From positions 40 through 64,039 of the forward strand of contig CAISJL010000004.1 of NCBI GenBank assembly GCA_903885665.1: a stretch of 64,000 bases of DNA, written 5' to 3'. Below are positions 40,452-50,065 of the stretch, piece by piece. The notes under the pieces were generated by a model that ran no database searches, was not told the DNA's origin, and worked only from the letters and a program-made list of their open reading frames with translations. Each line of letters starts with the position of its first letter. Positions within the stretch are counted from its first letter, which is position 1. This DNA is from an uncultured beta proteobacterium (GTDB taxonomy: Bacteria > Pseudomonadota > Gammaproteobacteria > Burkholderiales > SG8-41). Position numbers and translations under genes: made by a program.

Positions 40452-42209
40452 CTATTGTTGCCGCGACTCTTTAATCAGTTCATCAAAGCACTCTGGAATG
40501 GCAATCTCGCGCCCTAAAACTGCCGGGCTATAAGCTTGCATCCATAAGGCGTGACTAGAGTGTCCGCCACCCGCAACAATCAGTCCAATATTGTCAGCGT
40601 TAGAAGTAATTGGCCAGGGGTCGTGCTTGATACTGTCGCGACCTATTGCAGTAGAGGCAATTTTCATAAAAGCAGTGCCACCACTTTTGTTCATCTCGGC
40701 CATGGGAACTTTGGAGTGCAGTAATAGAAACTCACGCACATCTTTTTTAGTCCAACCTAAATCACCAAGCCCTGCAGCGACAACCTTAGAGATTACGACT
40801 AAGCCTGGAGTACCTTTGTCGTAACCCCAAAGGTAATGCACGTCAGGCACTCGCATGTAGCCCGCAATACGGTGAAGACCTTGAACTGCATCCTCCTCTT
40901 TAGTCTCTTCTTTAGCGCCTCGACGAAATACGTTGGTCGCGCCATTGCCAAAGGCTAAGGACAGACAGTTGCTACCTCCTGCAAATCCATGACGTTCATT
41001 CACATACGGAGTCCAACCTGCGGGGAGTCCGTCTTCATCTTCAGCAAATACCACATTGGTGTTACGCATCATGCCAAAGACCGCCATGGTGCCTACTCCG
41101 GGTAAGGCGCCACCTAAATTTTGTTGCATCAGCCGCAGTGCGCGGCCGATGCTAGCGCCTGCGGGATGTTGCGGGTCTGGTCCTAAAATACCAAAACCTG
41201 AATTCAGGCGAATTTTTTTTGCGATAGGGCCGTTCACGACAATCATGGGAAATGGGCTGCCTGAGGTGGCTTGGAGAAGATCACCGGTCGTTAAGGGGTC
41301 AAGAAAGGCATCGACCGCAGCAACTAACACTGGCAGATACTCTGGTCGCCCACCTGCCATCGCGAGTGCAATGGCACAGGATTCAATGGTGACCATGCCG
41401 CCGCGCGGTGGGAAGCGTCCAATGATGTGGTCACGCGGTAGCGTGGCGCCGCGTAGAATCCATTTTGTGCGAGCTTCTGTAGCTGGCCATAATGGTAGCC
41501 CGTCCCCCCAATGGCGTGCGAGTAGTAAGTCATTGACTTTAATGAGTGCAGTTTCATAATCGGCAGCACTGACTTCTAGCTGAGGACTACTGGTGGCAGC
41601 AGATTGGCGCGGTTGCCATTGAGTGAGGCCATCATAGAATTCTTGTTTGCGCTCGGAGAGTGCAGATAGATCCGCATCTGGTAGAAAATTATCTATAGGA
41701 AACACAACCATAGCGGCTTCAGGTGTAAACCCAACACCACCAACTGCATTGTTAACAACTCCAATAAATTCTTTACGAGTCAGTATGACTGTTGGGATTC
41801 CAAGCGCTTCGAGTTGGGCGGCAGCACGGCCGCATCCTGTTGAGCAGGCCCCTCAGGCAGCGTTACCAATAATGACTGCATCGACCCCACTATCTTTGAC
41901 CATTTGGACAGTGGCGGCTTGACCGATAATACTTGTGCCTTGAGGGAATTGATCATCTCCAATCACAGTGGCATCAGGAAAATCAGCCTCAATCAGCTGC
42001 TTTAAAAGGGGTAGCATGCGATAGGCTTGCCATTGACCGTTAGATAGGATGCCGATTTTTTTGCCGGCTAAAGTGTCTAAGCGTGGCGCATGCTGATGCA
42101 TTATTTTTAAAGCGCCAGATGGATCATAAAATTGCAGATTAATCATAAAGTGGGCTTTCTTGAATGGAGTGATGTGATTGAGTATTTCATTGTGCATACG
42201 CTGCGTCAA
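40452..42209 (-). CDS. candidate selenoprotein (U-x-x-C, UGSC-family-like) of about 585 aa, formed by reading through TGA 41853-41855
   Basis: The 118-aa and 419-aa ORFs are in the same frame (1758 nt in total, equal to 586 codons). The only stop between them is the TGA. The 47 intervening codons are open and protein-like (GACSTGCGRAAAQLEALGIPTVILTRKEFIGVVNNAVGGVGFTPEAA). The context is IIGNAA-U-GAC-STGC. There is no Shine-Dalgarno sequence before ATG 41711. The N-terminal start is ambiguous (TTG 42209, ATG 42197, or an internal ATG). Confidence 0.6.
41816..41837 (-). promoter_or_regulatory. SECIS-like hairpin downstream of the in-frame TGA
   Basis: The mRNA reads GG-AU-GCGGC-CGUGCU-GCCGC-CC. 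That is a 5-bp GC stem (7 bp with a 2-nt bulge) and a 6-nt loop containing GU. The loop starts 24 nt after the UGA. Confidence 0.45.
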
Positions 42210-42352
42210 GTCTCGCTACATCAATGATATGATTGGATCATCGTTTGGAATTGTTTATATTGAATCTGGAGCAGAAATTAATATTAATCAAGTGATTGGT
42301 CCATCATGATTTACAGTGGATGCATTCGCAGATCAGTGATACGGGTAATGCG

Positions 42353-42391
42353 ATTTAGTTAATGTAATTTAGTTAATGTAATTTAGTTAAT
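42353..42391. repeat. 14-bp tandem repeat, about 2.8 copies (atttagttaatgta)
   Basis: Two exact copies at 42353-42366 and 42367-42380, and a partial third. Lies in the divergent promoter region. Confidence 0.85.
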
Positions 42392-42500
42392 TTTATTTTC
42401 TTACTGTGACATCGCCAATTGTTTGACAAGCAAGGTTATAGAGATTGTTTGTATTAGACTATTTTTGATAATCAGAATGAGTTTCAGAGGTGAGGTTTAA

Positions 42501-43481
42501 ATGCGCCAACTGCATAGAGATTTAGAGATTATATTCGCGGTAGTGTTAAGCGTTATTGGATCGCAAAGCCATTTGTTGGCGCAAGGCTACCCCACTAAGC
42601 CAATTCGTATAGTTGCAGGCTTTGCAGCTGGTGGACCTACTGAAGTTATTGCGCGGGTTGCGGGGCAAAAGTTGTCAGATAAATGGGGGCAGCCGGTGAT
42701 CGTTGAGACTCGCTCTGGCGCGGGTGGCAATATTGCCGCAGAGTATGTGGCCAGAGCTGCACCTGATGGTTATACCTTATTGTTGCCAGCGTTTGCGCAT
42801 GCAGTGAACCCATCCTTGTATGCAAAACTACCCTTTGATACCAAAAAGGATTTTGCCCCTGTAGCATTGTTAGCGACTTCTGCCAATGTATTAGCGATCC
42901 ATCCCTCTATCCCAGCCCGTAGTTTACGTGAACTCATAGCACTGGCCAAGATGCAACGCACCCCGCTGACCTACGGCTCGGCCGGTGTGGCTACTGCGTC
43001 GCATCTTGCAGGTGAATTGTTTAAATCGATGGCAGGTATTCAGATCACACATATTCCTTATAAAGGTGCTGCACCCGCAAGTGTAGATTTATTAGGTGGT
43101 CATATTTCGTGCGCGTTTCCTGGGGTATCTTTAGTATTACCCCACTACCGTTCTGGGCGTATGCGATTAATTGGCACGACTAGCGCACAACGTTCGGCAA
43201 CCTTGCCCGAAGTGCCAACATTGGCTGAAGGGGGGTTGAAAGGTTTTGAGGTAATTTCTTGGTATGGCCTCCTAGCACCTGCTGCACTGCCTGTCGAATT
43301 GGTCTCACGTTTGCATCATGAGGTAGTGCGTGGCTTGGCTGAGGTGGATGCTATTGAGCGCCTGCAAGCGATTGGTGTGGGCGCCTCAGCGATCACTACT
43401 GCAGAATTTGCAGCATTTCTAAACCGTGAGCAAGAAAAATGGGCTCGGGTTATTCGTAGCGCAGGGCTGCAAGCGCAGTAA
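42501..43481 (+). CDS. Bug-family substrate-binding protein
   Basis: YPTKPIRIVAGFAAGGPTEVIARV and IPYKGAAPASVDLLGGHI. Confidence 0.85.
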   Translation: MRQLHRDLEIIFAVVLSVIGSQSHLLAQGYPTKPIRIVAGFAAGGPTEVIARVAGQKLSDKWGQPVIVETRSGAGGNIAAEYVARAAPDGYTLLLPAFAHAVNPSLYAKLPFDTKKDFAPVALLATSANVLAIHPSIPARSLRELIALAKMQRTPLTYGSAGVATASHLAGELFKSMAGIQITHIPYKGAAPASVDLLGGHISCAFPGVSLVLPHYRSGRMRLIGTTSAQRSATLPEVPTLAEGGLKGFEVISWYGLLAPAALPVELVSRLHHEVVRGLAEVDAIERLQAIGVGASAITTAEFAAFLNREQEKWARVIRSAGLQAQ

Positions 43482-43514
43482 GTGTGGATTGTATGAGAGT
43501 GATTAGGGAATTTG

Positions 43515-44858
43515 ATGAGTGATTTGATTGCGCGCGCAACATCACCGGTAGTGATATCGGTTTCTGAACTTAACCGTTTAGCGCGGCTTGCAGTTGAGCG
43601 CGGCATTGCCTTGATGTGGGTGGCGGGAGAGATCTCAAACTTTAAGCGCTATGATAGTGGTCATTGCTATTTCACGGTTAAAGATGATAGTGCTCAAGTC
43701 GATGCCGTGATGTTTCGCCAAAAGGCACAACACTTAGACTGGGTGCCAGAGAATGGCATGCAAGTTGAAGTTCGAGCCACAGCGACTGTCTATGAGGCGC
43801 GTGGCAAATTCCAAATTAATGTGGATGCCATGCGCCGTGCAGGGCTGGGCGCTTTATATGCGGCGTTTGAGAAGCTTAAAGCCCAATTACAACATGAGGG
43901 TTTATTTGATGCTGCACTTAAGCGCGAATTGCCTGCTTATCCGCGTACCATTGGTGTCGTCACTTCGCCTCAAGCAGCTGCTTTGCGCGATGTGCTCATT
44001 ACTTTACGACGACGTATGCCAAGTATTGCTGTGATTATTTATCCAACCCCAGTGCAAGGTGTGGGTGCGCATGAAAAAATTGCCCAAGCTATCGCGCTGG
44101 CAGGTATGCGTTGCGAATGCGACGTGTTAATTGTGTGCCGTGGTGGTGGCAGTATTGAAGATTTATGGTCGTATAACGAGGAGTGTGTGGCGCGCGCTAT
44201 ACGCGCATGCCCTATTCCCGTCGTCAGCGGTGTTGGGCATGAGACCGATGTCACTATTGCTGATTTTATTGCTGATGCTCGCGCTGCAACGCCAACTGCT
44301 GCTGCGGAAATGGCTAGTCCTGATGGCGTTGAGTTGGCGCGTCAGTGTGCCAGTTTAGCGCAGAGTCTAGTGCGTATTGTTCAGCGCGGCATCGAGGCGC
44401 GTATGCAGCAAGTTGATTACTTAGCGCGGCGCTTGGTGCATCCAGATGCGCGATTGGCGCAACAGGTTTTACATGTGCAGCAGTTGCAACGGCGCTTATT
44501 GCAATCCTGGGGCCGTCAATCTGCAGACGCCGCGTGGCGGATACGTGAGTTGTCGCAACAACTGCGACTGGGTGCGCCTGACATCGAATCCCAACTGCAG
44601 CGACAGCAATCGTTAGCCCAGCGATTGACGCGTGCGCTACATGAGCAGTTACGTATTGCTCAAGATCGTACCAACCGATTGCAGTCCGATTTACTGCATC
44701 TCAATCCACAGAGAGTATTGGAGCGTGGATATAGTATTACGACTCAGCTCGATGGTACGATTGTGCGTGATGCAGAGCAGCTCGCTGACGTAGAGAGCCT
44801 ACGCCTCACCCTTGCCCAAGGCTGGGCGCAGGTGAAGGTGGAATCTACAGGACAGTAA
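43515..44858 (+). CDS. xseA: exodeoxyribonuclease VII large subunit
   Basis: About 447 aa with an OB-fold N-terminus (VSELNRLARLAVE..WVAGEISNFKRYDSGHCYF), GRGGGSIEDLW and a coiled-coil tail. Confidence 0.92.
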   Translation: MSDLIARATSPVVISVSELNRLARLAVERGIALMWVAGEISNFKRYDSGHCYFTVKDDSAQVDAVMFRQKAQHLDWVPENGMQVEVRATATVYEARGKFQINVDAMRRAGLGALYAAFEKLKAQLQHEGLFDAALKRELPAYPRTIGVVTSPQAAALRDVLITLRRRMPSIAVIIYPTPVQGVGAHEKIAQAIALAGMRCECDVLIVCRGGGSIEDLWSYNEECVARAIRACPIPVVSGVGHETDVTIADFIADARAATPTAAAEMASPDGVELARQCASLAQSLVRIVQRGIEARMQQVDYLARRLVHPDARLAQQVLHVQQLQRRLLQSWGRQSADAAWRIRELSQQLRLGAPDIESQLQRQQSLAQRLTRALHEQLRIAQDRTNRLQSDLLHLNPQRVLERGYSITTQLDGTIVRDAEQLADVESLRLTLAQGWAQVKVESTGQ

Positions 44859-44880
44859 ATAGTGATTGCTAGTCAAGTGC

Positions 44881-45714
44881 TTATTGGCCAAAACCAAATA
44901 AGCGGGCAGGATTAGTGCACAGAATTGTTTGGCGGTCATTATTATCGGGAAACCAACGCTTTAAGCAGGCTAAGAGAGGACTGTAATCCATGCGTGCATC
45001 AAAGCGAGTAAACGGCCAATCTGAGGCCCACACGCAGCGCTCTATGGTGAACGCTTCAACTAAGGCTTGAATGTAAGGTTCGACGTCGCTATAGGGGTAT
45101 GGCTGTTGTGAGAAGCGGTAGACCGCAGAGAGTTTAACCACGGCGTTGCTGTTGCGTCCTAGCGCAAGCAAGGCTTGGAATCCTGGTTGTTGTATACCAC
45201 GGCTCAAATCGGGGCGACCGCAATGATCGATGATAACCCGCACACCGGCACGCTCTAAAATCGGTAGTGCGTCAACCAGTTGATCCTTGCCGTATTGAAT
45301 TTGTGCAAACCAATTGGCGGCTTTAATCTTGGCGAGTAAGTTTGGCATCTCGGCGTCCTCCAGTACGCTCACGCCGTGATTAAATAGATTAATCCGCACC
45401 CCTACAATACCACCAGCTGCGAGTCGCTCGACTTCGTGTTCTGTGACGTTGTTTGGCAACAGAGCAATCCCCTTGAAGCGTTGATTGGATTGTGCAATGG
45501 CATCTAGCAGGCAGCTGTTGTCGTAACCATACGGACCTGCGCCAACCAAGAGGCCGTGCGAGAGTTGATGCAGTTCGAGCAAAGTCAGAAATTGATCAGG
45601 TGTACCTTCTTGGCAGGCTAATGGGGTATAAATTTCGTCAGTCTGATATTTAAAACGTGTTGGATTAAAGACGTGTGCATGGCAGTCGGCGCCGAGTAGG
45701 GGAGTCATCAACAA
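44881..45714 (-). CDS. amidohydrolase_2 family hydrolase (2-pyrone-4,6-dicarboxylate lactonase-like)
   Basis: 277 aa with N-terminal DCHAHVF, IDHCGRP and ASDWP motifs. Confidence 0.75.
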   Translation of the reverse strand: MLMTPLLGADCHAHVFNPTRFKYQTDEIYTPLACQEGTPDQFLTLLELHQLSHGLLVGAGPYGYDNSCLLDAIAQSNQRFKGIALLPNNVTEHEVERLAAGGIVGVRINLFNHGVSVLEDAEMPNLLAKIKAANWFAQIQYGKDQLVDALPILERAGVRVIIDHCGRPDLSRGIQQPGFQALLALGRNSNAVVKLSAVYRFSQQPYPYSDVEPYIQALVEAFTIERCVWASDWPFTRFDARMDYSPLLACLKRWFPDNNDRQTILCTNPARLFGFGQ

Positions 45715-45761
45715 TATTCCTTTGAAGTCTAGTTATTTGAATGGTGAATTGAGATACTGAA

Positions 45762-46775
45762 TTATTCGGGCAAGATGCGTGCGTCACGCACAATTTTGGC
45801 ATATTTCTCAAGTTCTTTTTGCAGGAAGCTATCAAAGGCCTGCACAGTTTGAGCTTGCGCTTCAATGCCTTCGAGAATGAGTCGATCTTTGATTTCAGGT
45901 GTGGCTAGCACACGATTGGCCGCATCATGCAGGCGATTGACAGTATCCAGAGGGGTGTTGGCTGGCAATAGCAATCCAAACCAACCGACTAGCGAATATC
46001 CTGGTAGGCCGCTCTCAGCGATTGTTGGAATATCGGCCAGCCCAACAAAGCGTTGAGGGCTGGTCACGCCTAGGGCCCTCAAGCGCCCAGATTTCGCGAG
46101 GGGCAGACCTGTGGACATCGCACTGAAATACAAACTGGTCTGGCCGCCGAGTAAATCGGTAATTGCTTGGCTGCCACCCTTGTAGGGGATGTGTAGCATG
46201 CTTAATCTTGCCATTGATTTAAATAGCTCCGGAGCAATATGTGTGGGGCTGCCGATACCAGCTGAAGCGTAGGTCAACTTGCCGGGGTGGGCGCGAGCTA
46301 AGGTAATGAGGTCTTTAGCGGATCGCACAGGTAGTGAAGGGTGCACAACTAATAATAATGGAGTGATCCCAATGAGTGCTAAGGGGCTTAAGTCTTTACG
46401 TAAGTCATAAGGCATTTTACCTGTGCCGTAGATGCTGACATTGGCAATTTGTGAGGAGTTTGCTAGTAGCATGGTATAGCCATCCGCTGGTGATTTTGCG
46501 ACATGGTCTGAACCAATGTTGGTTGCTGCCCCAGGTTTATTTTCGATGAGTATGGGCTTGCCTAAGTATTCGGCCATTTTGGGAGCCATGACTCGGGCTG
46601 CAGTGTCTACACCTCCGCCAGCCAGATAGGGCACGATAATGCGCATCGGTTTGGTCGGAAAGGGTTGGGTGAACGCTACAGCACAATAGAGGGTGCACAG
46701 AAGCGTGCTACAAGCCGCTAGTATTTGTTGGTGGTTTTTATACAGTGCATAGGTAGCGTGGTGCTGAGTTGGCAT
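45762..46775 (-). CDS. Bug-family substrate-binding protein
   Basis: FPTKPMRIIVPYLAGGGVDTAARV and IPYKGGSQAITDLLGGQT. It is upstream of the amidohydrolase on the same strand. Confidence 0.85.
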   Translation of the reverse strand: MPTQHHATYALYKNHQQILAACSTLLCTLYCAVAFTQPFPTKPMRIIVPYLAGGGVDTAARVMAPKMAEYLGKPILIENKPGAATNIGSDHVAKSPADGYTMLLANSSQIANVSIYGTGKMPYDLRKDLSPLALIGITPLLLVVHPSLPVRSAKDLITLARAHPGKLTYASAGIGSPTHIAPELFKSMARLSMLHIPYKGGSQAITDLLGGQTSLYFSAMSTGLPLAKSGRLRALGVTSPQRFVGLADIPTIAESGLPGYSLVGWFGLLLPANTPLDTVNRLHDAANRVLATPEIKDRLILEGIEAQAQTVQAFDSFLQKELEKYAKIVRDARILPE

Positions 46776-46816
46776 ACTAAAATCCTTGAACGATGGCGTG
46801 CTATTGATAGTAACCG

Positions 46817-47794
46817 TTAGCTGTTGAACGACTTGAGTTGGTGTTGAATATACTGCAGCACTTGAGTCTCTAGATCATTGTCCAAGCAGTCGAATGTGGT
46901 GAGCTCAGGCATGGCGCGCAGCCATGTGAGTTGCCGTTTGGCCAATTGGCGAGTGGCTGCAATACCTTGCTCGCGTAGTTGCGTCTGGTTGATTTGATTA
47001 TTTAGAAAATCCCAGGCTTGTCGATAACCAACGCAGCGCATGGCAGGCAGTTGCGCGTGTAGATTATAGGTTTTTTTTAATGCAGTTAATTCGTCAACCA
47101 ATCCTTGAGCGAGCATGTGGTTAAAGCGCACTGCGATCCGTTGGTGGAGTTCGGCACGCACGCTAGGAGTTAATGCAATAGTGATAGCGCGATAAGGAAA
47201 GTTTTGTAGTCGTGGCGCATCTAGTAATGCGCTCATGGCTTGACCAGTGATGCGATAAATTTCAAGTGCACGTTGCACGCGCTGGGTATCGCCAGGTTGT
47301 AAGCGATTCGCAGTGACGGGGTCGACTGTTTGTAGTTCGTTATAGACCGCTGACCAGCCAGCGCTGGCAGCTTGGTCTTCAATGGCTTGTCGTATTTCTG
47401 GGTCCGCTTGTGGCAGGCTATTAAAGCCTTCGAGCAAGGCTTTAAAGTAGAGCATTGTGCCGCCCACTAATAAAGGGATTCGACCGCGCGCAGTAATCTT
47501 GTGCATTAAGTCCAGCGCGTCATCGCAAAAGCGTGCAGCAGAGTAACTGTGTTCGGGGCTGATGATGTTAATTAGATGGTGCGGTGTATGAGCAAGAATC
47601 TCAAGCTCTGGTTTGGCAGTGCCTACATTCATGTCTAAATAGATCTGGGCAGAATCAACACTGATGATCTCGCACGGCAGTTGTTTAGCGATGGCAATTG
47701 CTACTGCTGTTTTGCCGCTTGCTGTTGGCCCCATCAGAAGTAGTGCTGGTGGTAGCGCAGTGGCTGTGCTGTGGGGATTGTTCAAGTTCTGCAT
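46817..47794 (-). CDS. miaA: tRNA dimethylallyltransferase
   Basis: P-loop GPTASGKT, and DSAQIYLDMNVGTAKP. Confidence 0.93.
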   Translation of the reverse strand: MQNLNNPHSTATALPPALLLMGPTASGKTAVAIAIAKQLPCEIISVDSAQIYLDMNVGTAKPELEILAHTPHHLINIISPEHSYSAARFCDDALDLMHKITARGRIPLLVGGTMLYFKALLEGFNSLPQADPEIRQAIEDQAASAGWSAVYNELQTVDPVTANRLQPGDTQRVQRALEIYRITGQAMSALLDAPRLQNFPYRAITIALTPSVRAELHQRIAVRFNHMLAQGLVDELTALKKTYNLHAQLPAMRCVGYRQAWDFLNNQINQTQLREQGIAATRQLAKRQLTWLRAMPELTTFDCLDNDLETQVLQYIQHQLKSFNS

Positions 47795-47856
47795 GGCGAG
47801 GATTTAGCGGTGTTATCCGTGTCTAGAGAATTGACGGCTAGTGGGGTAGGCGTTAC

Positions 47857-49704
47857 TTATTGACCGCGACGAAATAGGCGATCGAGAGCACTCACGGGCA
47901 TGGGATACCAAGTCGGGCGGCCATGGTTGCATTGCCCAGAGCGTTCGGTGATTTCCATGTCACGCAGGAGCGCGTTCATTTCGGTAACGCTGAGCCGCCG
48001 ATTAGCGCGTACTGCTGCGTGGCAGGACATAGTCCCCAGGAGTTCATTGCGTTGTTCGGTAGCAATGCGACTAGCTCCGTATTCGCGGATATCGTGTAGG
48101 ACGGCCAGGCTTAAGGCTTGGACATCGGCGTCCACTAGTAGCGCGGGGACACCGCGAATAATTAGGGTATTGGGGCCACCTAGCGCTAGATCGAAACCAA
48201 GAGACTCCAAGGTCTCTCGTTCATCTTCTACAGTGGCTACATCTAAGGCACTTGCTGTGCAATGCACCGGCATAAGTAGGGGTTGCATCGGTATATGTTG
48301 CGCATCGATCGCGGTTTTCAGTTGCTCATACATGATGCGCTCATGGGCAGCATGCATGTCTACAATGATCAGGCCTTGGCGATTCTCGGCTAAGATGTAG
48401 ATGCCGGCTAATTGCGCGAGCGCATAACCTAACGGATGCTCCTCATCCGTTAAAGCTTGTTGATTAGTGGCTTGCGAGTTTGCAATAGGCGCTAAGTGTT
48501 GGTCGCTATTTGCGCTTATGGTCAGAGTTGTTTCAGCGCTGATTGGGTTATTGCCGGCTCTGGGAAATAGTCGTTCGTAGGCATTTGTTGCTTGGGCTAC
48601 GCCTAGGCTGAATTGTGTTTGTTGACGATAGGTCGCGGGGGCTGGTGCTTGTGCTTGATCAGTTTGTTCGGTATGCAATGTTGTGCTCAATACCGCTTGT
48701 GGGCTTGGTGTTGTCCCAGCTGTTTTTGCCAACGCTTTATGTAGAGCATGAAACAGATATTGATGAACTGCTCGCGAGTCACGAAAGCGCACTTCTGTTT
48801 TGGCTGGGTGAACATTAACGTCGACCAGTTGGGGGTCGATTTGCAAAAACAACACATAGGCAGGGTGACGATCGTGATGCAGCACATCGGCATAGGCCTG
48901 GCGCACAGCATGGGCCACGACTTTGTCGCGCACACAGCGACCATTTACAAAAAAGTATTGGGTGTCGCGACTGCCTTTGGCTTGTGCCGGTGTGCTGATC
49001 GCACCTTGTAATCCGATGTGTCCGCTAAATTCGTCTACGCTGAGTGCCGCATTGCCAAAGTCCTCACCGACGGCAGCGTTGATGCGTGCATGTAGAGCAT
49101 GGGCGCGCCACTGGAAGCGAGCGCGACCGTTGTGCGTAAGGCTAAATGCAACGTCTGGTCGCGATAAGGCTAAGCGCCGCACGACCTCTTCACAATGAGC
49201 GAACTCGGTTTGTTCAGATTTAAGAAATTTGCGCCGTGCCGGTGTATTGAAGTAGAGCTCGCGGATGTCGATGCGGGTGCCTTGGGCTAAGGTCGCTGGC
49301 GCGATGTCGCCGAGTTGTGCACCTTCTGCGCTGATTTGATAAGCATGTGGGGCATCCGCGCGACGACTGGTTAATTCCAGTCGCGACACTGAGGCAATAC
49401 TGGCCAAGGCTTCACCGCGAAACCCTAAGCTGCTGACATGCTCTAAGTCATCTAGTGTGCTGATTTTGCTAGTAGCATGGCGTGCGAGTGCGAGGGCCAG
49501 TTCATCGTGTGCGATACCCTCGCCATCGTCGCTGACGCACAGTTGCTTAATGCCGCCCGCGGCTAATTCAATGCTGATGGCTTGGGCGCCAGCGTCTAAG
49601 CTGTTCTCGAGCAACTCCTTGAGTGCCGAGGCGGGGCGTTCGATGACTTCGCCAGCTGCGATTTGGTTGATCAGCAGTTCAGGTAATGGGGTAATGGAAG
49701 GCAT
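47857..49704 (-). CDS. mutL: DNA mismatch repair endonuclease MutL
   Basis: GHKL N-terminus NQIAAGEVIERPASALKELLENSLDAG, and C-terminal dimerisation domain with CNHGRPT. Confidence 0.95.
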   Translation of the reverse strand: MPSITPLPELLINQIAAGEVIERPASALKELLENSLDAGAQAISIELAAGGIKQLCVSDDGEGIAHDELALALARHATSKISTLDDLEHVSSLGFRGEALASIASVSRLELTSRRADAPHAYQISAEGAQLGDIAPATLAQGTRIDIRELYFNTPARRKFLKSEQTEFAHCEEVVRRLALSRPDVAFSLTHNGRARFQWRAHALHARINAAVGEDFGNAALSVDEFSGHIGLQGAISTPAQAKGSRDTQYFFVNGRCVRDKVVAHAVRQAYADVLHHDRHPAYVLFLQIDPQLVDVNVHPAKTEVRFRDSRAVHQYLFHALHKALAKTAGTTPSPQAVLSTTLHTEQTDQAQAPAPATYRQQTQFSLGVAQATNAYERLFPRAGNNPISAETTLTISANSDQHLAPIANSQATNQQALTDEEHPLGYALAQLAGIYILAENRQGLIIVDMHAAHERIMYEQLKTAIDAQHIPMQPLLMPVHCTASALDVATVEDERETLESLGFDLALGGPNTLIIRGVPALLVDADVQALSLAVLHDIREYGASRIATEQRNELLGTMSCHAAVRANRRLSVTEMNALLRDMEITERSGQCNHGRPTWYPMPVSALDRLFRRGQ

Positions 49705-50065
49705 GGGTGAGGATTATAGCCAAGCTGCGGCTAATTCGGCGCTTATTGCTGAGGGTGCTAGGGTCTTGGCGTCGAGCCAATAAGTATTCTTTGGGTAGGG
49801 CGTGACCTTAGGGCGTTTGAGTTTATAATTGAAGAGGAAATTCGGAAGCGGGAGTGCGGATGTGGAAGTGCGGGCTTGGCGAGATCGAGTTCAACCCTCA
49901 AGAGCATGATTTAATGAATTAAGTATCTGATTTTATTTATTATTTTTATTTTTTATTTTTTATTCTTTATTTTGTGTTTTGTGTTTGGGTCTGAATCTGT
50001 TGCAGTAGCGATCTACTCCCCGAGCACAGTCGATGAATAAGCACCAGGTTGAGAGGATAGTGACG

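Noticed and set aside
41853-41855. Treating the TGA simply as the stop of a 118-aa protein followed by an independent 419-aa gene, or as a pseudogene nonsense codon
   Set aside because: This is not fully excluded. It is less likely for four reasons: the 47 open, protein-like codons between the ORFs; the lack of a ribosome-binding site at the downstream ATG; the exact U-x-x-C context after a GN loop; and the downstream hairpin. It stays as the null hypothesis to test.
42353-42391. Short tandem repeats (also 19146-19197, 59183-59220, 51225-51260 and 4432-4478) as a possible CRISPR array
   Set aside because: The units are 12-17 bp and directly abutting, with no spacers. There are too few copies, and no cas genes in the window.
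49800-49920. Possible tRNA near gagatcgagttcaaccctc in the mutL/pntA spacer
   Set aside because: I could not build a cloverleaf. There is no GGTTCGAnTCC T-arm with a matching acceptor stem. I found no convincing tRNA or rRNA signature anywhere in the window.
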